A stretch of DNA of 64,000 bases, taken from contig CACLMT010000002.1 in assembly GCA_902608115.1 (NCBI GenBank), forward strand, positions 31,767 to 95,766, given 5' to 3'. The stretch's first letter is position 1, and each line of letters opens with the position of its first letter. Source of the stretch: an uncultured SAR86 cluster bacterium. Lineage in GTDB: Bacteria > Pseudomonadota > Gammaproteobacteria > Magnimaribacterales > D2472. A program made the position numbers and the translations under genes. The notes under the pieces are model-generated. The model ran no database searches. It was given only the letters and a program-made list of their open reading frames with translations, and was not told the DNA's origin. Below are positions 58,509-64,000 of this stretch, in pieces.

Positions 58509-59141
58509 ATGAAAATTGCAATTCTTGGAGGAACTGGAGCTTTAGGTAAAGGGCTGGCAACTAGATGGATCAAATCGAATCATGAAATTATTATTGGTAG
58601 CAGGAAATTTGATAAAGCTCAACACATAGCTCAAAGTTTAGGGTTGGATAAATCATCCGGCATGTTAAATATTGATGCTGCTAAAAAATGTGAAATTGCA
58701 TGTTTAACAGTTCCTTATACTCATCAGGAAGATATCTTGCGAAGTATTGAAGATTCGCTGAAGAAGAAAATCCTTATTGATGCCACTGTTCCGTTAATTC
58801 CACCAAAGATAATGAGAGTTCAATTGCCCCAAGAAGGGTCAGCTGCATTAAAAGCTCAATTGATACTTGGAGAATCTACAAAAGTCATATCTGCATTTCA
58901 AAATATTTCTGCTGAACTATTACAATCTACTCAAGAGGTTGATTGTGATGTTTTGGTAACTGGTAATAATTTTGAGGCAAGGTCTACAGTCATAAGTCTT
59001 GTTAATGATGCTGGACTAAAAGGTTGGCATGCAGGTCCATTATGTAATTCAGTTGCAGCAGAAGCATTAACTTCTGTATTAATTTCAATTAATAAGAACC
59101 ATTCTATCGATCATTCTGGTATAAAAATTACCGGTATTTAA
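58509..59141 (+). CDS. npdG: NADPH-dependent F420 reductase
   Basis: GGTGALGKGLA.RW, IGSR, DATVPL, SAFQNISA, AEALTSVLISINK. Confidence 0.9.
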   Translation: MKIAILGGTGALGKGLATRWIKSNHEIIIGSRKFDKAQHIAQSLGLDKSSGMLNIDAAKKCEIACLTVPYTHQEDILRSIEDSLKKKILIDATVPLIPPKIMRVQLPQEGSAALKAQLILGESTKVISAFQNISAELLQSTQEVDCDVLVTGNNFEARSTVISLVNDAGLKGWHAGPLCNSVAAEALTSVLISINKNHSIDHSGIKITGI

Positions 59142-59151
59142 GAGAAATAAG

Positions 59152-59913
59152 ATTAACTCAATAAATTTAACTGCTATAGATAATATCCCCCTTATTGAGC
59201 CAGGGAATAATATTAGTGAAATTATTATTAAAGGCTTAGAAGATCAAGGGATTAAACTTGAAGATGGCGATATTATTGCAATTGCACAAAAAATTATTTC
59301 AAAATCAGAAAACAGATATCTTGATATCTCTTCATTGATCCCTAGCAAAGAAGCAGAAAAACTCGCAAAAAAAATTCAAAAGGATCCTCAATTTATTCAA
59401 GCAGTCTTGAATGAATCCAAACAAGTGGTAAGACACAGAATGGATGTATTAATTGTCGAACATAAATTAGGTTTTATTCATGCAAATGCTGGAATTGATA
59501 GATCTAATATAGATCAATCTAAGAATAATGTTCTTTTGCTTCCAGAGAATCCAGATTTATCTGCTAAGAAAATTTGTAATTCAATTATGGAGTATTTTAA
59601 TAAAGAAATTGGATTAATTATTACAGATACTATGGGAAGACCATTTAGAAATGGCATTGTAGGATTCGCAATTGGTAGTTTTAATATTCCATGTATCTTA
59701 GATGAAAGAGGTAAGAAGGATTTATACAATAATGAGCTTAAGCTTACACAAATTGGAGTAGCAGATGAGCTCGCAGCAGCAGCATCATTATTGATGGGCC
59801 AAGCTACACAAAAAAAACCAATTGTAGTTATCAAGGGTTGTAACTTAAATTTAAATACATCAAGTACCGCAAAAGATTTAATTAGAAGCGAAAATGAGGA
59901 TTTGTTTCGATGA
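59152..59913 (+). CDS. cofE: Coenzyme F420-0:L-glutamate ligase CofE (extended 5' of the ORF-track start; probable ATT start)
   Basis: In-frame upstream IPLIEPGN...GDIIAIAQKIISKSE; NAGIDRSN, LLPENPD, DTMGRPFR, ADELAAAASL. Confidence 0.88.
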   Translation: MNSINLTAIDNIPLIEPGNNISEIIIKGLEDQGIKLEDGDIIAIAQKIISKSENRYLDISSLIPSKEAEKLAKKIQKDPQFIQAVLNESKQVVRHRMDVLIVEHKLGFIHANAGIDRSNIDQSKNNVLLLPENPDLSAKKICNSIMEYFNKEIGLIITDTMGRPFRNGIVGFAIGSFNIPCILDERGKKDLYNNELKLTQIGVADELAAAASLLMGQATQKKPIVVIKGCNLNLNTSSTAKDLIRSENEDLFR

Positions 59914-60839
59914 AGAATTATTTATTATTATGTGGAGGTGTTGGAGGAGCTAAATTAGCGCTTGGATTTTCAAAAGTATTAGAACCATCTAATATGACAA
60001 TAGTTGTAAATACAGGAGATGATTTTGAATATTTAAATCTAAAAATCTGCCCAGATTTAGATACGGTTATTTACACACTAAGCGGTGAATCTGATTCGTT
60101 AAAGGGTTGGGGTAGGGCAGACGAATCATGGACAATGCTAAAGACATTAGGTGATTTGGGTGGTGATACTTGGTTTCAATTAGGCGATAAAGATCTAGCA
60201 ACCCATTTTTTAAGAACAGACTTAATAAAAAAAGGAGCTTCATTAAGCTTTGTTAGTCAAGAATTATGTAAACGATTTAATGTAGATCATTTTATTTTAC
60301 CAATGACAGACGATTTAGTTGAAACTTATGTTCAAACTAAAAATAAACTTCTTTCATTTCAAGAATATTTTGTAAAACTTCGATGTGAGCCACCTGTATC
60401 TGATTTTGTTTTTAAAGGATTAGATAATGCAAAATTTAATCCATTAATTAATTTAAGTTCTTTTAATGAGATAATTATCTGTCCCTCAAATCCATTCGTT
60501 AGCATTAATCCAATTATTCAATTGAGTGAGTTAAATAAATTTTTAAAAGAAAACTCTAATCGAGTGAGCGTTATCAGCCCAATTGTTGAAGCTAAATCTT
60601 TAAAAGGTCCAACTTCAAAAATTATGAATGAATTAGGTTTGGATGTTTCTGTGAAGACAATAGCAAGTTTTTATCAAGAATTTGCTGATACTTTATTTAT
60701 TGATAGAGCAGATAGCCATCAACGTAAAGATATAGAAAGTCTAGGCTTTAAGGTTTTTGAGAGTGATTTAATTATGAATAATTTAGAATCAAAAATTGCG
60801 CTTGCAAAATCTGTTATTAATTACTTAGAAAAGAATTAA
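59910..60839 (+). CDS. cofD: 2-phospho-L-lactate transferase CofD
   Basis: GGVGGAKL, VNTGDD, CPDLDT, WFQLGDKD, FQEYFV, PSNPFVSI. Confidence 0.93.
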   Translation: MKNYLLLCGGVGGAKLALGFSKVLEPSNMTIVVNTGDDFEYLNLKICPDLDTVIYTLSGESDSLKGWGRADESWTMLKTLGDLGGDTWFQLGDKDLATHFLRTDLIKKGASLSFVSQELCKRFNVDHFILPMTDDLVETYVQTKNKLLSFQEYFVKLRCEPPVSDFVFKGLDNAKFNPLINLSSFNEIIICPSNPFVSINPIIQLSELNKFLKENSNRVSVISPIVEAKSLKGPTSKIMNELGLDVSVKTIASFYQEFADTLFIDRADSHQRKDIESLGFKVFESDLIMNNLESKIALAKSVINYLEKN

Positions 60840-60840
60840 A

Positions 60841-61416
60841 GTGAAAATTGCTGCCTTAATTCCGGTAAAAAAATATACTGAATCAAAAGTTCGACTTCAA
60901 AATATACTTTCTAAGGATAAGCGCACTTTAATTTCAAAATTAATGGCTGAGAGAACTGTTTCTGAATTAATAAAATCAAATATGTTTCACTCGATAACTA
61001 TTGTTACAAATGATCCAGAATTAAATATTAATGGGACAAATTCTTTTAAAAGTTACTCTCCATTAAACAAAGCTCTTCAAGAGGCGATTGAAAATTTACC
61101 CCAAGTAGATAAGGTTATGATCATGCATTCAGACCTTCCAATGATTAACTTTAAAGATATAAAAAATTTACTAAAATATGCTAAGTCAAATCAATTATTG
61201 ATAGTTTCAGATTCACTTGAATTTGGAACCAATTGTTTAATCTATGATTCTAATTGTCATTTTAATCTATGTTTTGGATTAAATAGTTACCAATTATTTA
61301 TTAATGAATTTCAAGATCAAGGTATTAAATTTACTAAACATAATTGTAAAGCAATAGAACAAGACCTTGACTCGGAAGAAGATTACTTCAAACTAATTAG
61401 CTATCTTAAAAATTGA
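60841..61416 (+). CDS. cofC: 2-phospho-L-lactate/PEP guanylyltransferase CofC
   Basis: IPVK....K.RL, LN.AL, SDLP, GTN, FG.NS, DLD..ED; operon context. Confidence 0.85.
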   Translation: MKIAALIPVKKYTESKVRLQNILSKDKRTLISKLMAERTVSELIKSNMFHSITIVTNDPELNINGTNSFKSYSPLNKALQEAIENLPQVDKVMIMHSDLPMINFKDIKNLLKYAKSNQLLIVSDSLEFGTNCLIYDSNCHFNLCFGLNSYQLFINEFQDQGIKFTKHNCKAIEQDLDSEEDYFKLISYLKN

Positions 61417-61472
61417 CTAAATTTGAAATTAAAGATCATCTAAATATTGAATTACGGAATTAAGGCGGGAAG

Positions 61473-62348
61473 ATGAATAAAAAAATATTACATTTATTAA
61501 TTGTATTAATTGGATACGTTGGTTGTATATGTTCTATGTACTTAACATGGAATCTCTTTGAAAACTTCAATATATTTTTAAGGCTTTTGATTTGTCATGT
61601 TGAGGGAACTATTTTTATTTATGTGCTTAGCGTCCTGTTTAAAAATTCTAGTTGGTATGATGCATTTTGGTCTGTTATTCCTGTTGTTTTAGGTATTTTT
61701 TGTTGGAGTGATGTAAATGCTGCTGGAAATGGATTAAGAGCATTATTGATGTTTACTTGTCTTTTATTTTGGGCGATAAGGCTTACTTATAATTGGATTA
61801 GATCATGGGATGGCTTTTCTCATGAAGACTGGCGTTATGTAATGATGAAAGGAAAAACAACTAATACATTCCAATATTTTATTAATGATTTCGGTGCTAT
61901 TCATTTAATTCCAACTTTATGTGTATACATGGCTTTGCTTCCAATGAATTATGCTCTTTTTTATTTTGGCTCTGATGTTTCATGGTTAGATTGGGCGGCA
62001 AGCATCATAGGTATTTCGGCAGTTATTATTCAAATTATTTCTGATCAGCAAATGTACAATTTTAGAAAATCGATACAAGAACCACAAACAAAAAATACCG
62101 GCCTATGGTATTACTCTCGACATCCTAATTATTTTGGAGAAATGCTTTTTTGGTTTAGTTTGTTTATTTTTGCTATTTCAGCGCATACGAATGCGCCATG
62201 GCTTTTTATAGGCACCATGATAATGTATGCTTTGATAGCTAAAGGCTCAGTATCTATGATGGATAAAAGATCATTGTCTAAAAGACCAGATTTTAAACAC
62301 TACATGGATTCAACACCTGCATTATTTTTGAACCCTTTTAAGAGGTAA
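61473..62348 (+). CDS. DUF1295 family membrane protein (steroid 5-alpha-reductase-like)
   Basis: NSSWYDAFWS, EDWRY, SDQQ, GLWYYSRHPNYFGE. Confidence 0.88.
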   Translation: MNKKILHLLIVLIGYVGCICSMYLTWNLFENFNIFLRLLICHVEGTIFIYVLSVLFKNSSWYDAFWSVIPVVLGIFCWSDVNAAGNGLRALLMFTCLLFWAIRLTYNWIRSWDGFSHEDWRYVMMKGKTTNTFQYFINDFGAIHLIPTLCVYMALLPMNYALFYFGSDVSWLDWAASIIGISAVIIQIISDQQMYNFRKSIQEPQTKNTGLWYYSRHPNYFGEMLFWFSLFIFAISAHTNAPWLFIGTMIMYALIAKGSVSMMDKRSLSKRPDFKHYMDSTPALFLNPFKR

Positions 62349-62353
62349 GTTTA

Positions 62354-63655
62354 ATGAAATATTTATTAATTTCACTGTTTTCAATATTTACAATTTTTCC
62401 TATTTATTCAGGGGACCTAAGAGATCAGCTTGAACGCGATCTTGATGGGGTCATGACTAAAGTTATAAATTGGAGACACTACTTTCATCAATATCCCGAA
62501 TTATCTAATAGAGAATTTAAAACTCAAGAATCTATAGTAACTGCTCTTACAAATATGGGCCTTGAAGCAAATACAAATTATGGTAAGACAGGTGTTATTG
62601 CTTTTATAAGAGGACAAAATTCAGGACCTCTAATAGCTTTGCGAGCTGATATTGATGGTCTACCAGTAACGGAAAAACTAAATTTACCGTTTTCTTCTAA
62701 AGAAAGAACTACATACCAAGGAAATGATGTTGGAATTATGCATGCTTGCGGTCATGATGCTCACATTGCAATTCTTCTTGGAGTAGCAAGTTTCCTTTCT
62801 CAAAACACAGATAAATTAAATGGAGATATACTTCTTATTTTTCAACCAGCAGAAGAAGGAGCACCCCAAGGAGAAGAGGGTGGGGCTGAGTTAATGTTAA
62901 AAGAAGGGCTTTTTGAAATTGAAAAACCGGATGCTATATTTGGTCTGCATGTTTCAAATGCTTTACATGGCGGAATAATGTTAAAACCTGGACCAGCTAT
63001 GGCATCTGCTGAAGCTTTTCGAATTACTATTGAGGGTGAACAAACACATGGGTCTAGACCTTGGGAAGGAGCTGATCCAATTGTTGCTGCTTTTAATATA
63101 GGATCAGCACTTCAAACCATAATTAGTAGACGGTTAAATTTATTAGAAAGTCAGGCAGTAATTTCTGTTGGAATAATGAAAGCTGGAACTAGAAATAATA
63201 TTATTCCTCAAACAGCAATGTTAGAGGGAACTATTAGAACTTTTAAAGATTCATATATAACTCAAATTAGGGATGAAATTAAAACAATTGCCGAGAATGT
63301 TGCTAAAGCTCATCATACAAATGCAAATGTTGAATTTAGAGTTTATGGAGGGTATCCGGTAACTTTTAATGATTTAGATCTATCAGCTAAATATGCAGAT
63401 TCTTTATCTGAAGCTGCTGAAGGGAACTACTATGAATTGCTTGTTCCACGAACAGGGGCAGAAGATTTTTCTTTTTATGCGCAACAAGTGCCTGGATTAT
63501 TTTTCTTCCTTGGGGTTAATGCTCCTGGTGTTGAAGATAGTCCAACAAATCATTCTCCTTATTTTTATGTAGATGATAAAGCGTTGGATACAGGCATTAA
63601 GGGATTTATAAATCTTGTTGAAGATTTTTCTGCAGACTTTAATCAAGTCAATTAA
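62354..63655 (+). CDS. M20D family amidohydrolase
   Basis: HQYPELS, LRADID, MHACGHD, FQPAEE, AEDFS, NHSP. Confidence 0.92.
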   Translation: MKYLLISLFSIFTIFPIYSGDLRDQLERDLDGVMTKVINWRHYFHQYPELSNREFKTQESIVTALTNMGLEANTNYGKTGVIAFIRGQNSGPLIALRADIDGLPVTEKLNLPFSSKERTTYQGNDVGIMHACGHDAHIAILLGVASFLSQNTDKLNGDILLIFQPAEEGAPQGEEGGAELMLKEGLFEIEKPDAIFGLHVSNALHGGIMLKPGPAMASAEAFRITIEGEQTHGSRPWEGADPIVAAFNIGSALQTIISRRLNLLESQAVISVGIMKAGTRNNIIPQTAMLEGTIRTFKDSYITQIRDEIKTIAENVAKAHHTNANVEFRVYGGYPVTFNDLDLSAKYADSLSEAAEGNYYELLVPRTGAEDFSFYAQQVPGLFFFLGVNAPGVEDSPTNHSPYFYVDDKALDTGIKGFINLVEDFSADFNQVN

Positions 63656-63670
63656 TTTATAGGAGAATAA

Positions 63671-63856
63671 TTAATTATTAAATATATATATTAAAAGGTA
63701 AATTATCCCACTAAAAATTAGGACTAATAGTATTGGTCTTTGTCCAAGTTTTATTGAGTATTTTTTAGGTAAGAGTATCAAAATAGCAATTACGGCTGAG
63801 GTAATTCCTACACCCCATAACAAGTCTTTAAGTTCTAAAAAGACTTCAGATATCAT
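63671..63856 (-). CDS. Small hypothetical membrane protein
   Basis: 61 aa, two hydrophobic segments. Confidence 0.45.
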   Translation of the reverse strand: MISEVFLELKDLLWGVGITSAVIAILILLPKKYSIKLGQRPILLVLIFSGIIYLLIYIFNN

Positions 63857-63867
63857 AATTTAATTCT

Positions 63868-63999
63868 TTATTCTTTTGGTAGCAAAGAATGTAATCTGTC
63901 AATTGAATCTAAATATTCATTGATTAGTCGATACATTACATCTTTAACTGTTTCTATTTGGTTGACTTGACCAATAACTTGACCAGCTGCATTAAACGA
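63868..63999 (-). CDS. C-terminal fragment, probably nitronate monooxygenase/IpdC-like flavoprotein (truncated by window edge)
   Basis: Own translation SFNAAGQVIGQVNQIETVKDVMYRLINEYLDSIDRLHSLLPKE*. Confidence 0.55.
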   Translation of the reverse strand, partial: SFNAAGQVIGQVNQIETVKDVMYRLINEYLDSIDRLHSLLPKE

Positions 64000-64000
64000 G

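Noticed and set aside
751-59834. Many short antisense or alternate-frame ORFs nested in long genes (e.g. 751, 2831, 3571, 9094, 15519, 16281, 19751-20658, 41734, 59514)
   Set aside because: Fully inside well-supported CDSs, with no motifs or RBS; expected by chance
1-64000. CRISPR array, rRNA, IS/transposase or reverse transcriptase
   Set aside because: No regularly spaced repeat-spacer units or corresponding protein motifs seen by eye

Overview
AT-rich, densely coded bacterial DNA. Gene content and style suggest a streamlined marine gammaproteobacterium such as SAR86 (inference, not proven). No database search was run; family calls rest on recognised motifs. Main content: (i) transport and housekeeping genes (yadGH-like ABC pair, queF); (ii) a ~3.9 kb integrase-less islet bounded by a 41-bp duplication of the 5' half of tRNA-Ser(GGA), filled with small secreted orphans and reused promoter/leader/motif modules; (iii) two near-identical tRNA-Arg genes (UCG and ACG); (iv) a ~9 kb accessory locus with a secreted MORN-repeat caspase, a secreted 22-aa-repeat amyloid-like protein, an ECF sigma/anti-sigma pair, a coiled-coil membrane protein and a trypsin-like protease, carrying four copies of an ECF-type promoter GTAAC-N16-CGT. 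This is the best candidate for an undescribed system; (v) a SAM-I/IV-type riboswitch in front of an orphan 81-aa ORF; (vi) a candidate sRNA with an 11-nt complement of the conserved 16S rRNA 3' end; (vii) a c-di-GMP/two-component module; (viii) lipid/steroid catabolism genes resembling the mycobacterial cholesterol locus, plus npdG-cofE-cofD-cofC for coenzyme F420 and two F420-type LLM oxidoreductases.
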